From: Mobula hypostoma
Lineage: Eukaryota
Reading direction: 5' to 3'
Assembly (NCBI RefSeq): GCF_963921235.1
Contig: NC_086107.1
Location: 95,730,001-95,794,000, forward strand
Length of the DNA: 64,000 bases
Each line of letters starts with the position of its first letter. Within the stretch, counting starts at the first letter, position 1. Under the pieces are notes generated by a model. That model was not told the origin of the DNA. It searched no databases and saw only the letters and a program-made list of their open reading frames with translations. This document shows positions 52,191 through 64,000 of this stretch, piece after piece. Both the position numbers and the translations under genes were made by a program.

Positions 52191-52726
52191 AATTAATGTA
52201 AAAAAAATGATGCTCCTTTTAAACTAAAACTGTTAAGATTGCTTTTCAGTCTAAAGAAAGAAGAGGCTGGACACTGAACAGTGCTGGCTATCTCTTAGGT
52301 CCCGGTAAGTAACAGTCACACCTCCTCCCACACTGCAGCAGTTACATTGACTTCCCCTGCTATACGCCTGGTAAGGTGGACTTCATTGATGAGAAGAAAA
52401 GGGAAAACTTGAAATTTGCAGCATATCGTTGCAAAGTCTTTACTTTGAACCACTGTCACGTGCAAAATACACTGGACACAAATAATTGGAGGGATCTTTC
52501 CATGAATATACATCTTGAACAAGTCATGAAGAATTCCAGGTAATAATCAAAAGACTAACAGGTTTTTATGTCTGTACATTGGTGCAGTAATTAGTGCTGC
52601 TGCCTTCACGCCAGAGATCCTAGTTCAGTCCTGACTGTGGGTGCTGACACATTCTCCCTGTGGGGTTTCTCTACCTCCCCAGTTTCCTCCCAGATCCCAG
52701 AAACGTGCAGGTTAGTTGGATAATTG

Positions 52727-53277
52727 CAGACATCCCACCTCTCCCGGAAGTTCCGGGAGTCTCCCGCATATTAATAGTGGCTCCCTGATGCCCGCAAATT
52801 ATATACAATATCACGGAAATCAATTTTTTTGAGAGCGAGCGAGCGAGAGAGAGAAAGCAAGAGAGAGCGAGAGCAAGCAAGCGAGAGCACGAGGGCGACC
52901 ACGAGAGAGCGAGCGTGCGCGCGAGAGAGCGCGCCATGGCAGAGTGTTCCAAAAAAAGAAAATATAAAATGTATGCCACCCCAGACTACCCTAAAGTGTA
53001 CCGCTGCCTAATAGGGGTCAAAAATAATGAGTGTTGCTCGCTGCACTGTTTGCAACAGTGACTTTTCTATTGCCCATGGTGAGTTAAGACTGTAAAAGAC
53101 ATGTTGAGGTGAGTTGAACAGGTGTCATTCGTTCATTAGCATAGCTAACATTATTTAAACTAGCTGGCTAGCTGCTCAGGAGCTACTCTACTGCAGACAT
53201 CCCACCTCTCCCGGGAGTCTCCCGCAAGCTGGTGATGCTACCTCCCTGAAATGAGTTTTTGCAGGGTGGGATGTCTG
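52727..53277 (+). mobile_element. Non-autonomous hAT-like DNA transposon
   Basis: TIRs CAGACATCCCACC...GGTGGGATGTCTG, flanking direct repeat TAATTG, BED-finger-like remnant ARCTVCNSDFSIAHG..DCKRH. Confidence 0.75.
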
Positions 53278-54619
53278 TAATTGCTCACTGCAGACTGGTA
53301 AACCTGGGGAGATTTGGTATTGGTTTATTATTGTCACTTGTACCAAGATACAATGAAAGGGGCTCTTATAATCAGGGAAGTGAGCCAATGAATGGCAAGT
53401 TGATTTCAATACAGAGAAGTATGAGATGATGCATTTTGGAAAGTCAAATCAGCATGGTACTTATACTATGAACGGTAGGGCACTGGGGAGTGTAATGGAA
53501 CAGGAGGACCTATGGGTACAAGTAGATAGTTCATTGAAACCAAAGTCACAGGTAGACAGAATTATGTGGAACGAGCTTCCAGAGGAAGTGGTTGAAACAG
53601 ATACAATAGTATCATTTAAGTACTTGGATAGGCAGATTGAGGGGCAGGAATTATAAGGATATAGGCCTAATATAGGAGATAAGTACCAGTTAAGTGGTCA
53701 ATACGCTCAGCATTGGCTGGTTTGGCCACAGAGTCTGTATATATGTCACATTGCTTTATGACTACAAAAGGCTTTTGTTTGCATGCCTTCTACACCAATC
53801 CTGCCATATGTAACTACATCAAGATAGTGAATAGAAAACAGATTTCAGTATTGTACCAAGATTTAAGAGTACAAATTCAATAAATATGATGAATGGATCT
53901 GCTGAAGCCATCTCACAACACAAATGCGGGAAAATGGGATTAGGCTAGGAAGGGTGCAGTGGGTACTTGAAGATTGCCTGAGACTCGATGGGCTGAAGGA
54001 CCAGTTTCTCTATGGATAAATTTCAGATGTTTACCATAGTTTTACAAAGCCCTGATTAAACCCAAATAAGCATGAAGTGATCAGCATGACAACCGACTCC
54101 AGAGGTTAGATTAGGAGGGATTATACAAACTGGGATGTTTTCCCTGGAACTCAATTGCTGGAGCCACGGTTCAGTTGAAGTTTTCTTCAAAATAAGGGAA
54201 ACCAGTGGGGTGGATGGGGAGACTATTTCTACCGGCTGAGGAATCTGACAAAGGAGAAATGTTGAAAAGTCAGGACCAAACTTTTCATAGAGTTTGGAAT
54301 ATTCTTTCTGAACTAAACCTCACTCTTTGAGAGAGGACTCTTTGCTGTGCCCAACAACACTGCACAGTTTCTCCGGAGGGTTCAGTGTTTGAGTCATTCT
54401 GTAGCCAAATGAGTGTCTTCACATAAAACATGAAAACACCCTGTCACACCTCTCAGTGAGGTAACACTGCTGGCCTGTAAGTGTTGGTCTGGTACCTGTT
54501 ACTGGTCGTTTCCAATGTTGGGCCCAGTGTCTGTTACCGGTTACTGTACACCAACTCACAGCAACTCCCACCTCCCATCAACATCCCTGTTCCCCAGACC
54601 CAAGAATTCCAACTGGGTA

Positions 54620-55355
54620 TGGAGACCCAGTTACAGTGATGGTGATGTGAGGTTGTATGTTCAGAATTCCGTTCCCGGTCACTAACCGGGGCCATGGTCC
54701 CAGTTACAGTGGTGGTGTGAGTGTGGTTGTATGTTCAGAATTCCGTTCCCGGTCACTAACCGGGGCCAGTTCAGAATTCCATTCCCGGTCACTAACCGGG
54801 ACCATGGTCCCAGTTACAGTGGTGGTGATGTGAGGTTATATGTTTAGAATTCCGTTCCCAGTCACTAACCGGGGCCATGGTCCCAGTTACAGTGATGGTG
54901 TGAGTGTGGTTATATGTTCAGAATTCCGTTCCCGGTCACTAACCGGGGCCATGGTCCCAGTTACAGTGATGGTGATGTGAGGTTGTATGTTCAGAATTCC
55001 ATTCCCGGTCACTAACCGGGGCCACGGTCCCAGTTACAGTGGTGGTGTGAGTGTGGTTGTATGTTCAGAATTCCGTTCCCGGTCACTAACCGGGGCCAGT
55101 TCAGAATTCCGGTCCCGGTCACTAACCGGGACCATGGTCCCAGTTACAGTGGTGGTGTGAGTGTGGTTATATGTTCAGAATTCCGGTCCCGCTCACTAAC
55201 CGGGGCCATGGTCCCAGTTACAGTGGTGGTGTGAGTGTGGTTGTATGTTCAGAATTCCGTTCCCGGTCACTAACCGGGGCCAGTTCAGAATTCTGTTCCC
55301 GGTCACTAACCGGGGCCATGGTCCCAGTTACAGCAGTGGTGTGAGTGTGGTTATA
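54620..55355. repeat. ~73-bp minisatellite with a ~33-bp sub-repeat and internal hairpin
   Basis: Unit cccagttacagtg(a/g)tggtg..gttgtatgttcagaattccgttcccggtcactaaccggggccatggt. Confidence 0.95.
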
Positions 55356-55644
55356 TTATTAGACTACTGATCAGTGTTTACAATGACATTTCTAAATGTC
55401 ACAGAGCTGACAGTTTGTCATTGCTGAGAATCTGCTCACCTTTACAGAGTGTGACAACTGATGATTAAAATGGTATGTGCTTTCTGCTGCCTTTGACAGG
55501 ATCCTGACTCTGAATAACTCGGACCGCGCACTGACAGAGCAGACTCAAGAAGCCTGAACTGGGCAATGGCAGACTTCTGCACAACTGCTGACCTCCACGA
55601 CAGAGACAAGGCCTTGAGGTGACTTAACTGGAATAAACGCATCT

Positions 55645-56190
55645 TTTTTTTTTAAGATTATAAGAACACTCAGTCCTTTTTTATTGTCATTTAGAAATGC
55701 ATATATGCATTAAAAAATGATACAATGTTTCTCCGGAGTGATATCACAGAAAACAGGACAAACCAAAGACTAACACTGACAGAACCACTTAATTATAACA
55801 TATAGTTACAGCAGTGCAAAACAATACCATAATTTGCTGAAGAACAAACCATGGGCACGGTAAAAAGGTCTCAAAAGTCCCCGAGTCGATCGACTCCCGA
55901 GTCCCCAATAGCAGGCAAAAGGGAGAAACTCCCTGCCATAAACATCCAGGCACTGTCCACTTGCCGATGCCTTGGAAGCAGCCGACCACAGCCGACACCG
56001 AGTCCATCCGTCCAAAAACTTCGAGCTTCCAACCAGCCTCTCCAATACAGCCTTCTGAGCGCCATCCTCTGCCGAGCGCCTTCGACCTAGCCCCGGCCGC
56101 TGAAACAAGCAAAGCCGAGGATTTGGGGCCTTCTGCTCCGGAGATTCCGGTTACCACACAGTAGCAGCGGCAGCAAAGTGGGCATTCTAA
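55645..56190 (-). mobile_element. Non-autonomous LINE-derived/SINE-like element (related to 3326-3872)
   Basis: Shared blocks such as gatatcacagaaa, aattataacatatagttaca and ggatttggggccttc; poly-T at 55644. Confidence 0.6.
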
Positions 56191-56826
56191 TAAAATAAAG
56201 CAAAAAAATTCTCCCCATTTAGAATATTGCTGCATATTTCCCGTCTTCGTGTCTTGGCCTGAGCATCTCTAGAAATCCAGTGATTCAACTACAACCATAA
56301 AATGCAGTTAGATTGGAAAAATCAGGATGGTGCTGGATCGCAAGAGAAGGAATTTGTACAACGTATATAAGATGGATTTTTAGATCAGTTTATGGTTAAG
56401 CACACCAGGGAAATGTGTAACATGTAATGTGTAATGAACCAGATTTAATTAGGGAGCTTAAGGTAAAGGAACACCTTGGAAGAAATTGATCTTGATATGT
56501 TAGTATTCACACTGCAGTCTGAGAGGTAGAAGCTAAAAATGAATTTATTGGTATTACAGTTGAGTAAAGGCGGATTCAGAGACATGAAAGAGTCCAATGA
56601 TGATTGGAGGGGGGGAGTAACAGGGTTGACAGTCGTGCAGCAATGGTTTGAGTTTCTGGGAGTAATTTGAAAGACGCAGGATCTTAAAGGATTCCAAAGA
56701 AGAAGAAATATTCTAAAAGGAGGGTGAGGCAACCATAGCTGAGAAGGGAAGTCAAAGAGAGCATAAAAGCAAAAGAGGGCATATCGGGGCACGACTGCGC
56801 AGGCGCGTGGATGTCAGCGGGATGAA

Positions 56827-57490
56827 TTTTTTTTGTAATTTATTTTTATTGAAGTTCATCATCAAACAAACATTTTCATAAGATGTATTTCAGATATTGT
56901 ACATATATATCATATAATCATATTTGTCACATAATATTTATCTGAGGTACACACCTATAGAAAAGAGAGGAAAGAAAGAACAAGCAATAGGAGAAAACTG
57001 TGTACAAGTAGGGAGTGATCTTTTTTTTACAACATATTCATTGATTTGTGAGAATAAAATCAGGCCTATGAGGTGTTATGTAGTTGAACCATTTTTTCCA
57101 GCATGAATCAAATTGTTCCAACTTATGATTAACAGATGCTGTTATCTTCTCCATTTTGTAAATGTCCATTGTAAATTCCATCCATGTGTTTAAAGTTGGG
57201 CTCTCCTGTGATAACCATTTCCTGGTAAGAGTCTTTTTACCAGCCACCAGCAGTATATTCATTAAATATTTCTCTCTCTTCAACCATTCTTGAGGTATAT
57301 ACCCAAAATATATGGTCTTACTTTCTAAGGGTATTTCACATTTAAAAACGTCTTGTAGGGCATTGTGTATCCCACTGCAATAGTCTTTGATAATGGGGAA
57401 ATCCCAGAAAATATGATAATGGTTTGCATTTTTATTTCCACACTTTCTCCAGCAAACAGGGAGGTTACTATCATATTGGAATTTCTAGCA
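56827..57490 (-). mobile_element. L1-clade LINE 3' fragment
   Basis: KKTLTRKWLSQESPTLNTWM...MEKIT; AATAAA and poly(A); direct repeat GGATGAATTTTTT on both flanks. Confidence 0.75.
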
Positions 57491-58239
57491 GGATGAATTT
57501 TTTCTTCCACAGTTTGATTTGAGGCATGACTTCGCAGGTGCGTAGATGTCAGTGAGTTAGACCAGTGGGAAGAATTTAAAAAGAAACTGGCTTTATAGAG
57601 CGGGTGTCAGAGTAAGTGGGCTTTGGCTCAACGGGGCTTCGGTGGGTTAAGTTACTTGTGAAGAGTAGGAAGGATGTCTGCGAGGCCAGGGCCGGGTTAG
57701 GAAACTGGAGATGCAGCTCAAAGACCTTCATCTAGTCAGGGAAAATGAGGAGGTGATAGATAGGAGTTATAGGCAAGTAGTCACACCGGGGCCTCGGGAG
57801 ACAGATAAGTGGGTAACAGTCAGAAGAGGGAAGGGCAAGAGTCAGATACTAGAGAGTACCCCTGAGGCTGTCCCCCTTAACAATAGGTACTCCTGTTTGA
57901 TGCTGTTTTCACTCAGCCAGGGAATGGAGGACATTGACCATATACAGGCAGATGGGGTAAGTTAGGCTAGCATCATGGTCGGTGCAGATACGATGGGCCA
58001 AATGGCCTGTTCCGGTTCTGTTCTGTGTTTGTGTCTTTAACAGCTTCTCAAAAGGCTTTGGGGGAAAGAAAGGAGGGAAAAGGAATGTTACATCTGAAAA
58101 GATCTTGACAGAATACATCTTTCTTATAAAAAGCAAAGGGAATAGTGTTGAGGAGCGCAGTGTCGAGTGTGGGTACCAGGCATTCTTCCCCTGAAACTGT
58201 TCAGCAGTCCCTCCCCTCTGCACAATGGCTTTGAGCTGT

Positions 58240-58610
58240 TCACTGAGACTGAGCTCCAGGGGAGGGGAGGAGAAGGGGTGGGTCTTCGTACAACTGAGTG
58301 AGCTGACAGGTGCATTAAAGGCACCGTCTGCCTCAGTGGCAACAGACAGCACCCAGGAAGCTACTCACACGTTGGCTCAGTCCCCGGCAACAACCGAAGG
58401 GAAAGAGCTCCCTGTCCGTCAGTCAGTGTCCTGTACTCCTCCTCTGGTTCCTCTGCCCGCTGGCATCGTTGAACAGACGTGGTCACCATCCAACACACCC
58501 ACAGAAGGAAACCGTAAGCTTCATATTGCTGGGGACCAAGTTATTTAGAAAAGAATTCTGTTCGTAGTGTGATAGCAATTGTCAGAATCCTTACCAGTGG
58601 CCAGTTAGCC
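58240..58610 (+). promoter_or_regulatory. Inverted paralogous copy of the PTH-like promoter/exon 1
   Basis: Reverse-complement match to ~13037-13410, including CATTAAAG (58313-58320), an ATG-free leader and donor ACC|GTAAGC (58514). Confidence 0.6.
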
Positions 58611-58619
58611 AGTTTCATG

Positions 58620-59240
58620 CAACCAGTGGACAGTGTGAGTTGGCAGTTAAACTCACAGGCAGTTAATTAGCCAGAGTTCAAAAAACAATAATTAATTAGT
58701 GATAAATAACTAGCAGACAAATAATCAGGGGTATTTAATAAGCTGATTGTTAACCGTTGTTTGTAAATCAGCAATATTAGCAGTATCAATTAATCAAAGG
58801 GCAACCAGCTACCATACAATTAATTTAGTACTGGTCAATGTATTGGGTTAATTGTTTGGCATAGTTACCTGTGTCAAATAACCATGAGGTATTTTAATAA
58901 ATTATTTGATAGGATGTTAGCCATTGAACATTATTGATTAGTGAACAGTAAGTGACCAGCAGAAATCATTAACGGTCAATCAGGCAGCAGTTAACCAGAG
59001 GTAGTTAATTAGTGGGTGACTGGCAACTAATGAAGCAACAGTTAATTAGAATGAACTAGTGGTAGTTAGCTAACAGGCAAATAATAAATGGCAATAATTA
59101 ATAACTATTAATGAATGGTCAGTTAGTCAGTGGCAGCTCCCTCCATGATAGTTGCTAAACTAAGGAAAATGCTAGCGGGGTTAGTTAATGAGTGGTTAAT
59201 AATCACGCAGTGAACCGCAAGTTGCTGCAGTTAATTAGTT
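58620..59240. repeat. AT-rich degenerate low-complexity tract
   Basis: Recurring cagttaattag / ggcagtt / aataat motifs. Confidence 0.5.
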
Positions 59241-59399
59241 GGCTGTGAGGTACTGGTTCAGGATCAGGTTGCGGGGACTGGGTTATGAGGTTGCTCTTAG
59301 ATTCTGTTGCACCTTATTGCAGAGGTTAGGGGGTCTTGAGAGTTACGATGGGGAGGGGGAAACAGGCTTGGGCAAGCACAGGCAGAGGTTCTAAGTAAG

Positions 59400-62300
59400 T
59401 TTCTATTCTCTATTAGTACACAGCTAGTCTGCTGAGAACAAGTCTGGAGATAGTGGTATGTCTTTGCATGAGCTGTGGGAATGCTGGGAGAACTGGGACT
59501 ACATCTACATGAAGTATAACGAGCTGCAGCTCCCTGCGGACTGTGTTAAGGAACTGAAGCTGTAACTCAATGACCATACAGGAAAATGAGGTGGTGATAG
59601 ATAGGAGCTACAGGGAGGTAGTCACCTGCAAGTTTCAGGAGGCAGGTACCTGGGCGACCGTCAGGAGAGGAAAAGGAAATAGGCAGTCAGTGCAGAGTAC
59701 TCCCATGGCCATTCCTCTCGTTTTTAGGTATACTGCTTTGGACACTGTTGTGGGGATGACCCACCAGGAGGAAGCTGCAGTGACTACGTCTGGCTCTGTA
59801 GCTCAGCAGGGAAGGGGGAGAAGACGAGTGAAGTAGAGACAAGGGATTCCATAATCAGAGGAGCAGAAAGCAGATTCTGTGGATGCGATAGAGACACCAG
59901 ATGGTATGTTGCTTCCCTAATGCCAGGAATGTCTCGGATCGGGTCCACGGTATACTCAAAGGGGAAGGTGAACGGCTGGAAGTTGTGGTACATATTAGTG
60001 GGCATGGGTAGGAAAAAGGAGGAGACAGAATCCTAAAAAGCAGGACCTTCAGGGTAGTAATCTGTGGATTGCTGCCTGTCAGTGAGGGTAAGAATGGGAT
60101 GATTTGGCAGATGAGTGCATAGCTGAAGGATTAGTGCAGGGGGATCATTGGGATCTCTCCTCAGCAAGGTATGAGCTGTACAAAAAGAATGGGTTACACC
60201 TGAACCTGATATCCTTTCTGACATGTTTGCTAGAGTTAATTTAAACTAATATGGCAGGAGGATGGGGAACTGAGTGATGGGGAAGTTGGTATACAGCTAG
60301 ATCAGTGTGTAATGAGACTGTGAGGAAGTACAGGCAGATGTCAGGGCAAAATTGCAGTCAGTGAGATGAGTTAAAGTGTAATGGGGCCAAGATCAAAAAG
60401 GATGATGAATAGAGAACTGAAGGTGTTGTATCTGAATGCACACAGTATGCAGAATAAAGTAGACGATCTTGTAGCACAGTTAGAGATTGGTAGGAATGAT
60501 GCTGCGGGCATTGCCTGAATGGTGGCTGAAAGAAGATCGAAGTTGGGAGCATAACATCCAAGGATACACATTGTATCAAAAAAAAGGCAGATAAGCAAAG
60601 GGGGGTGGGGTGGCTCTGTTGGTTTACAAAAATGAATTCAAATCCTTCAAAAGCGGTGGCATACCTGTCGGTAGAGTTACGAAACTGCAAGGGTAAAAAG
60701 ACCCCGATGAGAGTTATATACAGGCTACCAAACAGTAGCCAGGATGTGGGTTACACATTACAGTAGGAGACAGAAAAGGCAGGTAAAAAGGGCAATGTTG
60801 TGATGATCATGAGGGATTTCAACAGGCAGGTAGATTGGAAAAATCAGCTTGGTGCTGGATCCCAAGAGGGAATTTGTAGAATGCCTACAAGATGGCTTTT
60901 TTAGAGCAGCTTGTGGTTGAGCCCACTAGGGGAAAGGCATTTCTGGATGGGGTGTTGTATAATGACCCATATTTAATTGGGGAGCTTTAGGTAAAGGAAC
61001 CCTTAAGAGGCGATGATCATAATATGATAGAATTCACCCGATAGTTTGAGAAGGAGAAGCTAAAGTTGGATATATCATTATTGCAGTGGAATAAAGGGAA
61101 TTAGTGGCATGAGAAAGAAGCTGGCCGAAGTTGACTGGAAGGATACACTCGTGGGAATGACAGCAGAACACAATGGTTGGAGCTGCTGGGGAAAATTCAA
61201 ATGGTACAGAATAGATACTTCCCAAAGAAGTATTGTAAAGGGAGGATGAGCCAACAGTGGCTGATAAGGGAAGTCAAAGACAAAAGCTAAAGAGAGGCCA
61301 CATAATACAGCAGAAGTTAGTGGGAAGTTAGACAATTGGGGAGCTCTTAAAAACCAACAGAAGGAAACTAAAAATGCCATAAAGAGAAAAAAGATGAATT
61401 ATGAAGGTAAGTGAGACAATAGTGTAATAGAGGGTAATTTTTTTTTCAGAAATATAAAGAGTAAGAGAGATGAGGGTGGATATTAGACCGCTGGAAAATG
61501 ATGCTGGAGAGGTAGTACGGGGGACAAAGAAATGGTGGATGAACTGAGTAAGAATTTTGCATCAGTCTTCACTGCGGAAGACACTAGCAGAATGCTAGTT
61601 AAATTAGAGTAGCAGGGGGAAGAAGTGAGTGTAGTTGCTATTAATAAGGAGAAGATGCTCAGCAAGCCGCAAGGTCTGTAGAAAGACAAGTCATCTGGAT
61701 CCCCCAGGATTCTGAAAGAGGTAGCGGAAGAGATTGTGTAGGTATTAGTAATGATATTTCAAGAATCTCTACGTTCTGGAAAGGTTCCTGAGAACTGGAA
61801 AATTGCAAATATCACTGCATTTTTTTTTAAAAGAGGGAGGGAGGCAATAGAAGGGAAATTATAGGATAATTGGCCTGACTTCAGTGGTTAGAAAGCAGTT
61901 GGAGTCTATTATTGAGAGCGAGGTTTTGGACTACTTGGAGGCACATGATAAAATGGGCCAAAGTCAACAAGGCTTTCTGAAAGGGAAATCTTGCCTGACA
62001 GATCTGTTGGAATTCTTTGAGGAAATAAGATACAGGATAGACAAAGGAGAGTCAGTGAAAGTTGTCATTTGGATTTTCAGAAGACTTTTGACAAGGTGTT
62101 GCATTCGAGCCCATGGTATTACAGGAAAGGTACTAGTATAGATAGAAGATTGACTGACTGACTGACAAGAGGCAAAGAGTGGGATAAAGGGGGCCTTTTC
62201 TGGTTGGCTGGCAATGAGTAGTGATGTGCCGCAGGGGTCAGGGTTGGGACAATTTCTTTTCATGTTCTACTGTATGTCATTAATTTGGATGAAGGAATTG

Positions 62301-62410
62301 ACTGCTTTGTGACCAAGTTTGTAAATGATACTAAGATGGGTGGAGGGGCAGGTGGTGTTGAGGAAGCAGGGTGTCTGTAGAAGGACTTGAACACATTGGG
62401 GGAATGGGCA
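59400..62410 (+). mobile_element. Old decayed CR1 LINE (ORF1 through RT)
   Basis: QSVQSTPMAIPL, SQQGFLKGKSCLTDLLEFFEEI remnants with many stops. Confidence 0.8.
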
Positions 62411-63113
62411 ATGAGTGATTCTAGGGAATAATACCTACCCCATCAATTCTCCGTTAATCACCAGTTCACCTTCCCATCCCTCCCATAACAGAAATGTACC
62501 ACCACTCCTACCTTCTCACTGTTGTTACAGAACTCAACACACCCATCAACACAGCTTGGCTATAATCATGTCCTCTGGGTACAGTCGCAGCCAGTTGTCC
62601 CTCCTCCTGTACAGCCCCTTCCCACCCAGGGCAGTTACAATCAAGCCTCCTGGGACACTGTCACTGTCAGGTCCCTTCAGCAGCTACTGAGAATTGAACA
62701 GTGCTGGACGAGAGGAAAACAAAGCCTTTCAGATCCCAGTCTCGTACTGACCTGCAGGTTTAGCGTCTCGCCACTATGATTGAGGTTTCTGAAGCAGTAA
62801 ACAAGGTCGATAAGGGTTGGTTAGTTGTGGTGTTTGTAGACTTCAGTCAGTACTTTGATAAGGTCCTACGTGGTAGACTGCTATCTGGTTGCATGGGATC
62901 CAGGCAGAGCTGTCTAAGTAGATCCAGAATTGGCCTGATTATAACAAGCAGAGGATGATGAAGGGAGGATGTTACTTTCAGACTGGAGGGCCGTGACTAG
63001 TGGGGTGCCTCTGTTCAGAGAACATTGAATATAGAACAGTACAACACAGGAACAGGCCCTTGGCTCACAATGTTGTACCAAACTAATTAAACTAGTAATT
63101 GAAAGCCTAACTA

Positions 63114-63415
63114 GGGCCGGCTGGTGGCGCAACGACATCAGCGCCAGACCCGGGAGCGGAGGTTCCAGGGTTCGAAACTAGCTGGGTCCACTCCCGTGTA
63201 CACTTTCCATCCATGCCGGGTTGAGTGTCAAGATCGCAACTCGACCTCATAAAATAAAGGGAAAATACTGCGAAAATGTCTGTGTAAGGAGTGGCGCACC
63301 ACGCAGTCTCTCTCTCTCTCTCACTCTGCGCCTTGTAAAAGACATGAAAAAGACATCATCACGGACGCATGTACACGCACAAACTCGCACGCACGCAGGC
63401 ACACAACAAAAAAAA
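63114..63415 (+). mobile_element. tRNA-derived SINE (family B)
   Basis: TGGCGCAACG A-box-like and GGTTCGAAAC B-box motifs; simple-repeat and A-rich tail. Confidence 0.55.
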
Positions 63416-64000
63416 AAGCCTAACTAACCAATCCCTTTTGCCTATAGAAGACCTTATCTCTCCATCTCTCTACATTTGTATACCTATCTTAGAGCCTCTT
63501 AAACGCCTCTATCACACGTGCCTCCACCACTACCCCTGGCAGTGCATTCCAGACACCCACCGTTTTGTGTAAAAGAACTTGCCCTGCACATTTAATTGAA
63601 CTTACTTTAAATCAGGAATTCCTAACTTGGGGTCCATGGCATAAAAGCCCTGCTTTAAATGCATGCCCTCAGGTATTAAATTTTTCAACCTTGGGTAAAA
63701 GATGCTGTATGTCTACTCTATCTATTTTCAAACTCAACACCTTGATTAATAAAGGCAAGCATGTCACATGCCTTATCATCCGTTCAACCTGTGCATTCAC
63801 TTTCAGGGAATTATAAATCCCTAAATCCCTCTGTACACCAACACTGCTAAGGGAGCTGCCATTACTGCATACTGTCTTTTATTCACATTTGCTTTCCCAA
63901 AGTGCAACACCGCATGTTTTGTCGTGTTGACTGCATGACTTTAACTTCGAGCCCAATAAAATCATCTTCACTTCATTGAACACACCATCTCGCAACTCAT

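Larger units (their letters stand above)
39866..55618 (+). pseudogene. Highly diverged dynein-heavy-chain-like pseudogene (linker, AAA1 and AAA2 exon remnants)
   Basis: Collinear decayed exons: 39866-40077 (..ECKRVLAQLE); ~40984-41581 (LSREE*NKIINL); ~45240-46310 (FKCWEKQQ, NFSVMGNMVKGSWLECAPFLFD resembling AAA1 DYKAMGKFFKGL...FDEF); 47431-47481; ~47596-47760; ~52340-52539 plus 55500-55618 (NSRILTLNNSDR resembling AAA2 DDNKxLTLxNGDR). Multiple in-frame stops. Confidence 0.55.

Noticed and set aside
54620..55355. Palindromic repeats resembling a CRISPR array
   Set aside because: The intervening sequences are themselves repeated, so this is a simple minisatellite.
62415..62780. Possible coding exons of the second PTH-like copy
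   Set aside because: No signal-peptide exon or KR-PTH-like motif is recognisable in any plus-strand frame.

Overview
Eukaryotic, repeat-dense vertebrate DNA. The CR1, Rex1, Penelope, HERO and tRNA-SINE repertoire suggests a cartilaginous fish, probably a ray (inference). Most ORFs in the track are retrotransposon fragments. The main discovery is an intact, spliced minus-strand gene that the ORF track misses. Its coding exons are 8105-7993, 6787-6597 and 6493-6480, with a probable non-coding exon 1 and promoter at ~13122-13340 and AATAAA at 6392-6387. It encodes a 105-aa prepropeptide: signal peptide, 37-aa pro-region, Lys-Arg site, then a 40-aa mature peptide ETAEIVLMNEIAKAREEEARRQYIKEKLCRLTPDMPGCNS. 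The peptide aligns without gaps to parathyroid hormone 1-28 but has an atypical N-terminus and a C-terminal Cys pair. An inverted copy of the promoter/exon 1 at ~58240-58610 suggests a second, divergently transcribed paralogue whose coding exons lie beyond the window. Between the two copies is a scrambled gene graveyard: a glycogen synthase pseudogene with exons on opposite strands, and a highly diverged dynein-heavy-chain-like pseudogene. All family assignments come from motif recall, not database searches.
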